Origin: Kudoa neothunni
Taxonomy: Eukaryota; Animalia; Cnidaria
Assembly: GCA_964304625.1 (NCBI GenBank)
Contig: OZ199838.1
Span: 2,829,702-2,893,701, forward strand
Direction of reading: 5' to 3'
Length of the DNA stretch: 64,000 bases
The notes under the pieces were generated by a model that was not told the origin of the DNA, searched no databases, and saw only the letters and a program-made list of their open reading frames with translations. Position 1 is the first letter of the stretch, and every line of letters starts with the position of its first letter. The position numbers and the translations under genes were made by a program. Positions 13,199-27,897 of this stretch are shown here, one piece after another.

Positions 13199-15481
13199 CC
13201 CTCTAACGATCCAAAAATCGATACCCCATACCCCCCACTAAGGTTTTTGGGGTGTAATTAACCCCACATTTTTATTTGTCGATTATATGCAAAAAATTCC
13301 AAAAATGTTATTTGCAAACTATAACGAAAATCTATTGGGGGAACCCCTATAAATACATAACGATATATGCGCATTAATCCCATTCTAATCCGATTTATTA
13401 AACTTATACGCATCATTCGTATATATTCGTTAGTTGAGATATAACATTAATTTGTTGTTCTAAGAGAATTAGTCAACTTTGTATGAATCGCAAGAGAAAA
13501 AAAATATATTTAATGATAGTAAACATTATTTTTCACATTTAAAACAAGTGTTAGATGAATGATGCGAGCAGTAATATTTGAAACAAGATTTGCACCATTG
13601 CGATGTTTTACGATCTTTTTTTCTCTCGCAATATTCACATCTACATTGTTTCAGACTGCTGGGAGGTGCTTTTTTCGGGAAACGATCACTTTTTGGTACA
13701 TTCTTTATGATTTTGGTTGGCATATTTCTAGAGAGAAGAGGATCGTAAAGACATTGAGCAATTTCTTTCAGAAATGCACGTCTGTTCTTCTTTGAATCAT
13801 TGAAAATATCTTTATATAACGCAAACGCATTAACTAAGGACAGGTCAACCATATTAAAAAACACTGTCATAGGCCATCTCCTCGTAAACCTGCGAACTGA
13901 AACAGATGCAAGCATTCTATCAATGTTATCAACGCCGCCTTTAGTTTGGTTGTAATTCAGTATTACGTTGGGTTTGAATTTAAGCTTTTCATACGATACA
14001 GAGTCGTCCGTAGTGCCACTTGTCAAAAGAATGACAGCCTTCGATTTTTTACATACATATGACACCATCATGCAATTTTTGTAAAATACAAAGTGGCTAC
14101 TATAGATATGCTTTCTCGGAGAAGGAAGTAGACAGCTTGGGATTTCCTTTTTATTTTTTCTCAGCGTTCCCAAGAAAGTAAGATTTTTATCCATCAATTT
14201 TTCGACGAGCGAAAATGATGAAAAAAAATTGTCAGCCACCACGTTTCGGCCAGAATAAAAAAGAGGGTATTGACAAAGAGAGAACTACGCTTTCACCAAG
14301 GTTACATTGTCTCGTATTGTCGGAATTGTTCTTCCCCAAATAGATACTGATATTCAAGACATAGTTCGAGATCGGATCTGCCAACATGAAAAATTTCAAG
14401 CCATATTTTGCCGGTTTCATTGGCATATATTGTTTGAACGGACATCTTCCCCGAAATGACACTAGTTGTTCATCGACCGTTACATCTTGGTTGGGAGAAA
14501 AGCACCTGTGCAATATAGTTACCCCACTTATCCCATATCTCACGTATGGGGCAAAATTTGTCCGTTTCTTTCCGCTGAATCCTTGTTTCAAAATCATCAA
14601 AATGGATTGATCGATTAATTTGTTTGAAACAACGAAGTGAAAAAAGCCTCCTGTATATTTCTTTGCCTTCCTTGACACTGAAAAGTTCACATAAAGGCTC
14701 TTGCCGATCCTTATGCGTTCCCATCAGTATAAGGAGACCCAAGTAACCTTTAAATTCAACAGTGTCTACGTCAAACCATTCTTCTTTGAAATGTTTTGTG
14801 CCAAACGCGTTGGTGTATTTTATTATTGTTGAGCATATCTCATCATTGAAAAATAGCGAAAAAACAGTCGACAATTGTTTTTATCCTCAAAAATGCATAT
14901 GACGTAGGACCAGGAGCAGATTCCATAATGTTTGCGGAAATGGTTTTTTTCGCAGGTGGCTTTTTATCGCTCCATGAGATACCGCTTTTACTTATTAAAG
15001 TATTAGCATGGTCTATATCCTCTCCAATACTCTCTTCACTGGTTTCAAAATCTTCGATAATAAAATCGTCATATTCGCTACCATATGAACCACATTCATC
15101 ACTGAAGTCGCTGAAACCACTCATGATAAATGCTCAACACCTGTTCGCGCGTGCGCACTCAACAAACTTCAATTTCAATCATGATTTTTGTAGTCATCTA
15201 TCCGTTTAAAACAACCTAAACTTTTAATTTGTGCTCAAAATAATATACTTGTTCTTTTAAACAAAAAATCTGGGGTTAAATACACCCCAAAAACCTTAGA
15301 AGATAATCTTCCGATAAAAATGTATATATTCAATAAATTTTTAATTTTCATATTTCATCTTATATTATAGGCGTTTTTATAGGAATAACGTGAGTTATCA
15401 GTTGTTCAGTTATTTTCAAAGAGAGATATGCTTATTTTAAAGTGGCTTTGGGGTGTAATACACCCCAAAAACCTTAGAGGG
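13199..15481 (-). mobile_element. Full-length piggyBac DNA transposon
   Basis: TTAA at 13195-13198 and 15482-15485, terminal CCCTCTAA inverted repeats, subterminal CTAAGGTTTTTGGGGTGTA repeats and an internal transposase. Confidence 0.95.
13526..15124 (-). CDS. piggyBac transposase split by three single-base frameshifts (about 531 aa reconstructed)
   Basis: Consecutive ORFs carry VTVDEQLVSFRGRCPFKQYMPMKPAKYGLK, VADNFFSS, YNQTKGGVDNID, RRWPM and a C-terminal Cys-rich domain. No in-frame stops after removing one base at about 14860, 14525 and 14260. Confidence 0.9.
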
Positions 15482-15645
15482 TTAAAATGCTCAAAATAAT
15501 TTTTATCACCATTCCGATATGTTATCTAATGAAGGATATTTCTCGTGATTAATATTATGAAAAAGTTATAAACCAATTTTAAACAACACTTATTTAACTA
15601 TAATTATACACGTTAATGTTTTCCGCGAAAATCCGAAATTGGTTA

Positions 15646-16590
15646 CAGTAGGTGACCGATAATTCGTAACTTACTTTACAATTTTATCCATCCGGCTAAA
15701 TTTATCAAATAACATTTATTATGAGTTCATAATTGAATATAAGAGTTATTTTTATTTCGTGAAATGAAAAGTTTTAAAATTGTGTATAACCGATAATTCG
15801 TAATTATTTCTAAATGGCCCCCCAAAAAGAATTCAGAAACTCAGAATGCTTCAAGAGAAATATATAATTAAACATTATGATAGTTTTCCGACCGTAAATA
15901 GAAAGGCGGGAATTATTAAACATTTAAAAATAGGTTCAACATAAAAAAAGTCAGTTTCCGTAGAAAAGCTAGCACGGTACCCATAGGAATTATTGTAGAT
16001 TGGAATACTCAACTTCTTAGAATTCTTGAAAATTATAAGGAGGATCCAATATATAGTGTCGATGAGACCGCGCAGTTCTATCAATTAACGCCTTGTAACT
16101 GATTCCAAAACATGGTTATTTTTGTTTGGAATAAATTTTTTTTACATACATCAGATTAAACCTAAAAATTCTTATAATATTATTTCTATTATAACAATTA
16201 TTTATTGCGCGCCAAAGGAATGCTTTATTATTTTTTCGGTTTGAATTAAATGACGCAATACTTCTAAATTAATGATCCTAAATCTTCTCCTAAAGATGCT
16301 CTAATGTTTTTCGAAAATTCGAAAATATTGTTCAAAGGTGCTGGTTATTCTGTAGGTGAATTGGTAGAACTAGAGTCATATGTGTATGAGTATGAGTATA
16401 TTGAAAAACTCAAATACAATAAAAAATAACAGATTATTTCATAAAGTCTTAAAAATTAAATAAAAAATGTAAATTTTTCATTGGTCTATTATCGCGCGCT
16501 CACGCAGCTTTTACGAATTAAGTGTCAGTGACGCCTGATTCGTAATTTTCCCGAGTCCCCAGGGGATCGCGAATTAATGGTCACCAACTG
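15646..16590 (+). mobile_element. Internally deleted pogo-like element
   Basis: TA-flanked TIRs CAGTAGGTGACCGATAATTCG and CAGTTGGTGACCATTAATTCG. A pogo-type C-terminal relic KITDYF lies near 16425. Confidence 0.78.
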
Positions 16591-16916
16591 TATCATAAAA
16601 TACGAAATTGATCGTCACGATATACGAAAATGGATGAAAAAACCCGGTAAGTACAGAAATCTGTTGTATAAAATTACCCGACTTCATCTCATAGTTGGAT
16701 TATTTATTTAAAAAAATACAAATAATCTTTATCTTTTAACTGACCGGACGATTAAAGTATTCAACGCATATTTTAATCATAATATCGTTGTTTTGACGAC
16801 AGTATTATTCGATATAAACGATAATATCCTGGTGCTCTTCACTTTCTCTTTGAGTGGACTTTATTTTCATTTAGAAATCATAAGATCTCACAACTCGTGT
16901 AGTGTAAGTGTATTAA

Positions 16917-17165
16917 CCCTTAAAGGCTAACCATTGGATTCGCGCGTCCACCTCCCTATTATTTTGTTGTAAAACCTGTTATAATTTGTGTAATTTCGCC
17001 AAACCATTAACTTATTTTATTATGTCGGTCGGTAGATAATGCTTTTTTAAAAATGTAGATGAAATTCTCACGAATATACACAAAATATAACATGCATAAC
17101 AACAAAATTTATAAACAGAATAATATAAAGATGGGCGCATGGAACTGACGGTTATCCTTTAAGGG
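16917..17165. mobile_element. piggyBac-type MITE, 249 bp
   Basis: TIRs CCCTTAAAGGCTAACC and CCCTTAAAGGATAACC (15/16 match), flanked by TTAA and TTGA. Confidence 0.8.
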
Positions 17166-17732
17166 TTGATCGTTTTCATAAACCCCTGGAAGAACCAATT
17201 AATCTAAAAGTTATTTTACAGTTTTATACGTAGTTTAAATGAGTAAATTTCATTTTAAATTCATATGACAAATTATGAACACTCATATCTCGAATTAAAA
17301 ATGGAAAGTAAACAATTTTTCCAATGAGATTAATCTCCTGTTTGAAAAACACGTGATTGTTTACACGGTCGTTCTAGTCTACGCAGGCAAAAACGCTATA
17401 GAACGTCTTAACTGTGTTCTAAATGTAGAAAAATAGTTATAACGTTATAGTTGAATATTGTAGTTGAAAGTTCAATGTAACCACATTTTCGCTGAACCTT
17501 TTAGTATAGACGTGCAGTGGTAATCTCATTATCATCAGCTCTAATCTGTTTATAGAAAGTGGACACCACCAATTCACCATTTTGTAGGCAATCAAATAAC
17601 CCTGTTGTATTTTTTTAGTTAATGTTGTATTTTTTAAAGTACAAAAATAATCTTAAATACCAAAGAAAGTCTCTATATAAGGAGGACATTTGTGCACACA
17701 CGAACACTACAACCTTGTATGTATAGATATAT

Positions 17733-19012
17733 TCGCTATATATATATATATATAAAGCCAAGTTGTCCGTGTCAGTCAGTACGCACGTGCAACAAATTAT
17801 TTTCCTTATAGAGAGACATTTGTGCACATTTTTAAAAATCACAATGTTTCCAACAAATGTTTAAAAATAGTGAGTTTGTCGATTCAAAGTTTGTTAAGCT
17901 GATTACTCGATTACAACAATAGGATTAACACCGGCTTATGCAATAGTGAAGCTCGGTTGAAGTTAACAAAACGATGCTATTCATCGTTATGTATAGGATT
18001 TGTGTGCTTGTTTTGGTGTTTTCACAAATACACTCCTTATAATATCTGGAGTTTAGTTTTAACGTATTTGACTTGATAAGCATATTTTGAAAGTTCTATT
18101 AATGGTTTTAAATATGAAAAAAGGTTCATTTTTGCATCATTAGTAGCGATTTTATAGAGAATGCTATAATCGGATAGGTTGAAGCATTATACTTTATAAA
18201 TTATAATGCAAGCCAAGCGTTGGGCCCCTGGGTTTCATTGGAATCGTCCGCTATGTTGAATTTTAAATGTTTAAATTCAATGCAGATGGTTGCACTTTAC
18301 TTCATCTAACTATTTTAATTATTTATATTTTATATTTGCGTGATTTAGAACTGTTTATGAGAAATAGCGCATTAATATTTATGTCGGGCCAAGGGATAAT
18401 AATTTGAATAATTTGAGTAATAATAAAATCAATTATCTTAGATTTTCGTCTACCTCTGTATCTTTTATACCTCCCCAACAAACATAGAAAAAACTTACTG
18501 AGTCGGACCAGAATTCGACTTTGAGAAATTCCCGACCGAAAAAATACCGTTTTAGGTAACACTTTAAGCCTTTTAACCCGAAAAAAATTAAAATTGAGAA
18601 AAAATATTTTCCATTATATATCAAATCTAGATATAAACTTAGGAAGGAATACATTGTCTTTTATTTAAAAAGTGTTATAAATAGTTACATGATATCATAT
18701 GGCATCATTGGGGTCAAGGTAATTTAAATAATTCGGGAATGCATTAAAAATATGACGACGCTGACCTTAAGTTATTTAGCGTTGACGCCCGGTCATGAAA
18801 TTGTTAATCGAACGAACGTCGAGTTAAGCACATCCCTACACAGAAATGATCATTTTTTAAATTTCAAAATCCAAATCGTTAATTATGATGAATTAATTTT
18901 TTAAAATTTTACTGCTTCTATAGTTAAACTTGAAACATTAGTGTATTTTTTGAGTGTAATTGAGGATCATATTGCAAAGTAATCCCAAGCAACGCTGGGC
19001 TTACTTTGCTAG
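17733..19012 (+). mobile_element. Non-autonomous Helitron-like element, copy 1
   Basis: 5' TC..TATATAAAGC start, 3' hairpin CCCAAGCAACGCTGGG (18984-18999) followed by CTAG (19009-19012). Collinear similarity to 38299-39330. Confidence 0.72.
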
Positions 19013-19069
<57 letters not shown>

Positions 19070-19081
19070 GTATATATACAT
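19013..19081. repeat. Compound (TA)n/(TACA)n microsatellite
   Basis: Direct reading of the sequence. Confidence 0.9.
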
Positions 19082-19776
19082 AAAGGATAAATTATGCCTT
19101 GTATACGCACGCAAGCGCGAAAAGAGATTCCAGTTAATGGCATATTTGTTTACAATTGAAACTATGAATACAATTCCTCGAATTGTTTAAGAGTGGTCGG
19201 AATGCGACTACAAAAAAACTAATTATTAAATATCAATTAATGCAACAATTTTAAAATAACCAATTGATTCTTAATCGGGATATCAATAGAAAGTAATCCC
19301 ATATTTCATAATCCCCGATAAATATTAGACTTCCCGGATTTGAACTCTGCATGTATTTTAACAGGTATTAAATTTTGAATAAACACCAAAATCCTTGTGA
19401 ACATGGTTAATAATCCACAGCCTAAGTGTGCTAAATCTAAATCGTTACAAAATAATCATAGTCATAGAACTAATATAATGTGAATGAAATGTGTATTAAA
19501 ATCGCCAGTGTGATAGTTGTAGAGAGTTGATTAGGAGTGTGAACAATAAATATTTGAAGTGGTCTCTCAAAAAACGTGTTGATAATTAATTCCGGCTAAA
19601 TCAGACAAATGTAGATCAACACTTAGTAGACACGCAAAAAATCATCCTGTTAGAAAAAATAACACTACGCATGAGGGTTTCAGATAGAACTTCAAACGAT
19701 ATTTAACGGAAAAACTTCAACAATTTCAAACATGAACAGCGTTTAAAAGTGATGATGGGAGGGAGAGTTGGCGCGA

Positions 19777-20430
<654 letters not shown>

Positions 20431-20744
20431 TTATGTGTAATTATACGCTAAAGAAATCAACCAATACACTTGTACAGCCCTGACGTGATAATCCTACGCT
20501 GACAATCGTCGGCCGACAAAATTATACTACGAACAGCGATCGGCTTCCTTGTGCATTGTTAATCGTCTTATTTTGGTTGTGTTACTGTGAGAAGTTCGTG
20601 GTTGTGTGGAGAGATTAAATTTTTCCAAACTTCTCTGAAATATTTTCACATTAGTATACGCAGAGTTGTCCATAATTGAACATTGAAAATTTTGAGTCTC
20701 TCCATTTCGGTAATACGAACTCTCCCGACATTACACATTTTATT

Positions 20745-21441
20745 ATGTCTGGTATATATGAACCTAGTCGTGGCGGTGTACGCGGAGGAAGAGATCAATT
20801 CAAATGGGATGATGTGAAAAAAGATAAAGACAGAGAAAACTATCTCGGCCACTCTTTTAAAGCGCCCCTTCCATCTCAGGAACGCTATCAATTTGATTGG
20901 TATTACATTTAAGCACTGCTTTCTACTTTTGATTTTCTAATGCTCCTATTTCCAGGTATACCAAAAATAGAACAGCTATAATCGGAAAAAATGTAATGAC
21001 TTGCACAATTATTCAAATGGGTTTTTGTGACATTCTACATTTTAGGAGGAAAAAGAAATAATCAAAGATATTGAATCAAAGGCGATGGCCGCTGCACTGT
21101 TATTATTTGATTTTGTTTGATGTGGTTGATCTTTTCAAACCTGTAGTGGTTCATCATATGCTCTGATATCCGCTCAAACTCCAAAAGTCCAACCTTCCAC
21201 TATCAATGTGAAACCCTATTAAAATTTTCTTTATTCAACTTCATATTTCATGTAGCGTATGGTATATACCCCCGCGGATGAGGAAGTATCTCATAAAAGT
21301 GAACGTACCTCAAAGTCTCATTCCAAAACAAAATCCGATCGTCATCGACACAATAAACATAACAACGAAAAGCATAAAAGTGTTGAAAGGGAATCAACTA
21401 AGCATAAAACAAAAAAGGCGTCTAAAAAATCGAAAAAATAA
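20745..21441 (+). CDS. C1orf35: Multiple myeloma tumor-associated protein 2 homolog (five exons)
   Basis: Signature SRGGVRGGRDQFKWDDVKKDKDRENYLGHS, then DWYTK, EEKEIIKDIESKAMAAAL and a Lys/His-rich tail. Confidence 0.9.
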
Positions 21442-21963
21442 TTTTTATTTCAATTTTTTTAGTATTGTAATATTTCGTATTTTGACAGTTTCCCTGTGTG
21501 TGCAGTATTAGTAATTGTTAGCGTCTGCAGTAATACACATATACGTGCCATTACACATAATATAAAATCTGCCCTAATAGTAATAGAGTAATATTTCGAG
21601 AAAAGTTAGCGATTAATTTTAAATTTGTCGTTGATGGGTGTTAATTTAATCTTCTGACTTAAATCCAATCTATCATCATTCGGATTTATTGTATTCGGAT
21701 TGTTCGTGCTATTCGTACAAAATTGCTACTTATGTTGTTTACTCTCTTTTTGATTAGCAACACATCGTTTACACCAACAACGCGATATTATAATCTGAAA
21801 GGATTACACGATAAAAATAAAAAATATGGAAAGTAATTCCTTCAATCATTTCGATTAAAATAGTTTTTTATATTTTTCAAACAATGATTATTTTTATACA
21901 CGGAGAGGGAGTTAAATAAATAATTCATTATTATTCCGATGTAAATAACAAATTACGGCACTA

Positions 21964-23534
21964 CAGTAGGTAACCGATAGTACGCACTTTCATCAACAAT
22001 ACGTATTCAAAGTTTATGTCAGGTGATGCGTTTAATAATATTTTTTTTAATTGTAAAAAGATAAAAGTCTTTAAAATATTCTGGAATTAAACTAGAAAAT
22101 TACCAATCCGCCATATCACGTGACCACCAAATGGTAAGCACTAAGTTGGCCAAACCATATCGATGTTGTAGGTTTAATTAATTTTTTTGAAAAAGTGGGA
22201 AAAATTTGAAATTTTACAGTTGAATTTTGTTGTTAGAAATAACTGAAAATTAATCAAACATGTGTGTAACATACCGAGCGCCTCAAAATCGACTATACAC
22301 TCGGTGCTTTTGAGTCAAATTGACCCCAGATTTTTACTGCACCGTTAAATGCAATAAATAGTCACGTAATCATATGTATAATTAAATACAATCTATCAAC
22401 AGATCTCGGTCATATCTGCACCAAGATTTACATTGCGCGTACACGAAATATCTCGAATTCGTGTGAATTCGCTGGCGAAACCTGTGTTTTGTTTATATCG
22501 CCCCTTGGATATAATTTAGGCTATAAACATTAGTGTCCTCGCGCAAAACACATCCAAATCCTTATCTTTGTCGTCAAATCTATAAGACATCGAATTTTGA
22601 TATTTAGATTAAGTGATATAAATATATCACTAGGTTCACTCTTATAATCAGTGAGAAAAATCTCATCCAAATCTTCCTTGGTCTCTTGTCGGCATGTGTC
22701 GGGTACATGCGTACGAACGGCGCGCTAAAGTGGATGCATTCGTGTCATCGCGTATGATCTCGTGTGAATGTTTTCTTTATTTTCTCAGTATTCTGCCCGC
22801 AGAATTCAATCAAACTGAATTATTCTTTTTTTTAATTTTTATTATCATTTAATGCAATAAAAACACTGGGTCAAATTGACCCTTAAAGCACCGACTGTAT
22901 TTTGTTGTATATCGTCATTTATTCTACTTATTTTTATTAAATATTTTACAAATATTTATAAATTATTACGTTTTAGGAGAATACACTCAATATTACACTA
23001 TTATTAAATTCTTGTATGTATATAAAACTTGGAATACAATAGACTCTGGAGTCAATTTGACCCTAGAAACGCTCAGGAGAATAAAAGTACATTAATAGTC
23101 GTCATTAAACATTTTACCGTATACGCTGTATCTAAATTAAATGGTAAGGTGAACTTTTTTAAAAATTTCATGGCCAACATATAAAAACTTTTGTTTTCAT
23201 ATGGCGCTTAAAATAAATAATCATAAAATAGCGTTTATAACTTCATAGAACCGACTATTTACTAAATTTTATCCCAATGTAAAACGATAGAAATATTTTA
23301 TCAAAATGTATGGTTTAAACACAACTTACAAATTATTTTCCGACCAAATAATCTAAATAATGCATTTTTAGTTAGTCTAATCTAAAAATAAGTTGTATTA
23401 CTTATGTTGAAAAAAACAATTAAAAATAAATGCGCGAATATTTCAACTATGTAGTGTCGATTACAACGTTTAGTACGCATTTTTTTGGACGATCCATCAT
23501 CCAGAGGGGATTACGTACTATCGGTTACCTACTG
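21964..23534. mobile_element. pogo/Tc1-mariner-type non-autonomous element carrying a nested piggyBac MITE
   Basis: Perfect 21-bp TIR CAGTAGGTAACCGATAGTACG, with TA on the left and CA on the right. Confidence 0.85.
22270..23083. mobile_element. Degenerate piggyBac-type MITE nested in 21964-23534
   Basis: Three copies of the palindrome G(G/A)GTCAAATTGACCC (about 22312, 22868, 23049). Inverted flanks TCGGTGCTTT/AAAGCACCGA and GAGCG/CGCTC. Termini are eroded. Confidence 0.6.
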
Positions 23535-23574
23535 CACTACTCAGAGTTGGTACGTTTTAAGGTCAATGAATTTC

Positions 23575-24640
23575 GAGATAGAATTATTGTAAATGCATGC
23601 CACATGATGAGATAATGTGTTAGAAGAGTTGGCACAAAGTATCCACTAATATCACCTAGCTCAAAACATCAAAATGAACATAACGAATTACAAATTTTAT
23701 TTAGCATCGAGTATCAGAACATATCGGATTTCTGCTGCACAAGATGACTGTCTCTTGAACAAGTTATTCAGAAAATATTGGAAGAATGGGCAGTTCTGAC
23801 AACGTTTCCCAAGGTTGGACCATAAGTAAACAAGGCTGAACCCGCACCTAAAATATTTGCACCTCTATTTAAACCCATAAATAAAATGTGTTATGCCTTT
23901 TTAACTATTTTTTAAACACAGTTATGGAACTCGACGTCGAATTACAAAATGAGAGTTTAGAGTTCATTAACTAAGGAATTCCTTTGAAAATATTATTAAG
24001 TGAAAATTCATAATTTTTGAGGGGTATGATCAAAAATAACGTCTTCTGGAGCTTAAATTTTAAATACTTGTTAAATTATGTTCTCCCTGGTAAGTTTTAT
24101 TATGAGTCGAAAGTAGAATCAATTTGGAATGAAAATACGACTGGAATAAGTGCTCATGATCTTGTTTACTTTCTTACCAAAACTCTGGATTTCTATTTAT
24201 TACTGACGAAACAGATATTTCAAAGGTTTTAAGCATTGCAAAATTTATGCATTTACATATATTTGAAACGATGCTTCTTGCAAACGCCAATGAAGGAAAA
24301 CCCCATTCCATTATACCTCTCTCAAAGAGATTTACAAATATTATTGCCAAAAATAAGTATTCAATTTTGGAAAGTGAATAGATAGAACTTAGCTTGTAAA
24401 ATAGCGGACATTTCATTGAAAAAGTCCCCAAGAAATATTGGTATGCCGTCACAAATAAAAGAGGAGAAATATTTAAGCATCGATTACTGTCATAATTAAT
24501 GCTGTGTTTACTTGCTTTGCCTCATTCGTCTGGATCTGCTGATAGATTATTTTCATTAGAGAATAAAAAAAGGTTAACAAACAGATTTACATCGGAAGAT
24601 GAAACAATAATTGCTCTTCTATATCTGAATGTTTACTGAG
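23575..24640 (+). pseudogene. hAT transposase relic
   Basis: (W>stop)LSLEQVIQKILEEWAVL near 23745 (RWLS motif) and ALPHSSGSADRLFSL..KRLTNR near 24515-24590 (hAT dimerisation motif). Many stops. Confidence 0.75.
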
Positions 24641-26489
24641 AGACGCCAGTCGTATGAGATGGAATTCATCCGATCAATTAACTAAAATTTTGAAAAAAAC
24701 CTATAAGATGAGGAGATGAGGAGAACAGTGAAACTGAGTTAACATTTTGATGTATAAATAGATCCTAACAACTATTTTTTTGTTTCAATTAGTTTACGGT
24801 TGCTAGAATTATATTTTTTGTATTATTTGTAAAATTTTAGTACGATTATAAATCCTTTGATATTATTTGGTACGTTTCTATTACAGTTAGTAATCAATTT
24901 TGCACATACACGTAATAATTATATATCCCCTTTTTGGAATTTAGAAGAAAAATTGATGTTTTTATTGGAATAGTATAAACGAATATTAATTCTACAACCG
25001 ACAAAAAATCAAGTGATACTAAATTTTAATTTTTGAAAGAATCAATAATTTTGGTTCGTGACATATTTGACCCGCTATGATTTATACAAATCAATTTCCA
25101 ATTCGAACAATGATCGGAAACGATCTAAACTTTTTTAAATTAGAGTTAAAAAGTTTAGTTCTTTTTTTGAGGAGGCCATTTAATATTGCTATATTTGATA
25201 TGTAGAAACGTCTCACAGTAACTATCTTAACATTTATTTATGGAAGATTTTAGAAATATTTTATTATTTTGTATTTTCCTTTTAATGTTGTTATATTTTT
25301 ATCTTAGCTTATCGCTAAATTTCAAATTTTTTTCAGCGAATAATGCTACACTGATCAACAGAATGACCGGGAAAAAGTGTGCAAAATCGAAATGTCACGT
25401 GATTATGAATACGCACTTTACATCATTTACAGTCTATTATTTTAACAAAAATTACCCTTATGTTTAATATATTTTTTATATGAACATTTAGAGTTAAAAT
25501 TAAATAAATTCACAAAAAGTGTGCAAAATCGATTACCGATTGCATGTTATTTGGTATGATTTACAAAAATAGTCTCGAAACCCTGTCACTACTATGATTG
25601 TAACCACGTACTCTTGCTTCAATGTAAAGATCCCTTTAAAAAGCTTACTCAAATCAAAGATCCGTCATTTGAGTAATAAAAATGAATGATTATTATATTG
25701 TCGAAAATTCATAAATGACTGCATTTTGAACTACTTTTATATAATATATTTTCTGGAAGAAAACACTCTATGAAACAGAGTTATTTTAAATCACATTTAT
25801 CCGAAAATTTTTTTTCTTAATCTCAAAGTGGAACAATATTAATTTATTTTGCGATTGATAACGTATTCGGTGACTAGACCCATGTATTTTGAACAATCGG
25901 CATCATTGAATGGATTCAGTTTCAAATTTGAATTAATTCATTATATTCTATACTCTTAATACAACAATGTTAAGTTTATCACTTTCCTTAGTGATAGTTG
26001 ATGATAGTTGATAGTTCGAGGTTTTATTTATTACTACTTATTGTAGTATTTTTTTGTTTTATTGAATAAACAATTGTCAAATCACGTTTACGCGAACTTT
26101 ATTGACGTTTTTTGAAAAACAACATTAAATATGAATAAAACAGCATTTATTAACACAATAACTGCTTTCTTTTTGTATGACCGAATCCAATACAATTATT
26201 GGTAAAAAATGCTTTTATTGTAGATAAGTTATTTTGCTTCCAATATAATCGCTTGTCCAGCTTTCTAGATTTCATGATCTAGGATAGACAGGCGATTTAA
26301 TGAATTCTGCGAGCATTATGATGAATTGTATGTGATCCCCCTTAATTTTTCTAATATGATGTGGATATTTAACCTACTAAATATTATCGTCTCAATGTAA
26401 TTACTACTCCAAAGTCGAGCTATTTAATAGTCAAAGTCGAACTTTAAGTCAAAATGACTTTTTAGGTCACGAATTGAACTTATAAGGCC

Positions 26490-27130
26490 AGTTGTGCCTA
26501 ATGGTTCTCACGTTTGTTAGAATGTCAAAGCAGTGAGTTATTCTATCTAATAGAAACCTTGAAAGAGCGATTGATCTAGTTGTAAATAAGGAAGAGTCAA
26601 CGAGAGGTTTCTGAATCATTTAACATTCCCGAATTAATCTTTTGTGGAAAAATCAAAAACTATCGAAGTACCGAAGAAATCGATAAAAAGCCTAAAGAAA
26701 GATGTTGAAATATTTCGTTTACTTCAGAAGTGAAGGATAACTTATGAAATTAATAGAGGACAGCTTTATAATACTGAATGATATTGGTGACTTTATCATT
26801 TTCATGGATAATGTTCGCTTCCATCATACCAATATGGGATTCCATGATGAACATGACCAATGCAGTTGTTTGTTTACCAAGGTATAGCTCATTCATAATC
26901 CCTGCGAGGAAGTATTCTCCCAAATAAAATTAAAAATTCGGCGTGACGGCTCTATGAGCTCTAAGCTCTATACGAGGAAGAGATTATCTCCTTAACAGAA
27001 AAAAAGAAAAAAGCAGGAAATATCCAACTCTGTATCTTCGTATAATTTGAAAAATTATCATCAACATGAGGAAACTTACCTTGGAAAATGACATGCCTTA
27101 TCGGTATTTAAAGGAATTAACTGAAACATA
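26490..27130 (+). pseudogene. Tc1/IS630-like transposase relic
   Basis: DFIIFMDNVRFHHT (about 26790-26830) and LPRYSSF(fs)NPCEEVFSQIK (about 26875-26930). Confidence 0.78.
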
Positions 27131-27897
27131 GCAAAACAATTTATCGATTACTTATTATTTTTTTACATCACGTACTCCCTTTTATTGCTTCAACTATGCT
27201 CTACCAAACATTCAAATTAAATCTAATAGTTTTAATGACTTAAATTTTGATGCTCAAGTAGTTCAACTTCAAATGCCAGTAATGGGGAAATGGAAGGAAA
27301 TTTTTATTGCTTAATTTGTTTTCACGATTAAAGCGTCTAATCTGATCATCTCTATTAGATCTAATCATAATTTCAGTGGGGTCAAACAATAGCGCGCGTA
27401 CATTATAACTGGAGTCTCTTTGGAGGAATGTGAATGCACGACACCAAAGGAGTGCCTACTGAAGATAAAATGGAGGCTTGAACTAGAAACTTCTTCAGTT
27501 CAATTCGCAAGCTAATGGGCGGACATTTGAGCTATCCGTCTGTCGCTAAGTATGGTTACAATGCGTTATTTAACTTCCATAAGAATTTCAGAAACAGGAA
27601 TAGATTTAAATACGATTATTCACCTTGTAGCGTTTCTATATTCTATCGGAAAATCGCATTAATCCTTAAAAGATATGTTAAGATAATCTTTTTGACTAAT
27701 AAATTGCCAAGAAAAACATTTCAAGACAACCTAGAATAAAATTTAAGCTAAGTAAGATTTAAAAATTAAATTAAGTTTCTATCGCCATGCGCATAGATAA
27801 AAACACACTTTTGTAGTAATTTTCAAGTAATAAACAAAAAGTTTTTCTCATTTAACGTGTTTTTATGTAAATCTTGTTAAAAAATTAAACGTTACAA

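Noticed and set aside
13559-15209. Plus-strand ORFs over the transposase, and similar antisense ORFs over ARF1, TAF3, the receptor and RhoGAP
   Set aside because: Shadow frames of genuine opposite-strand coding sequence.
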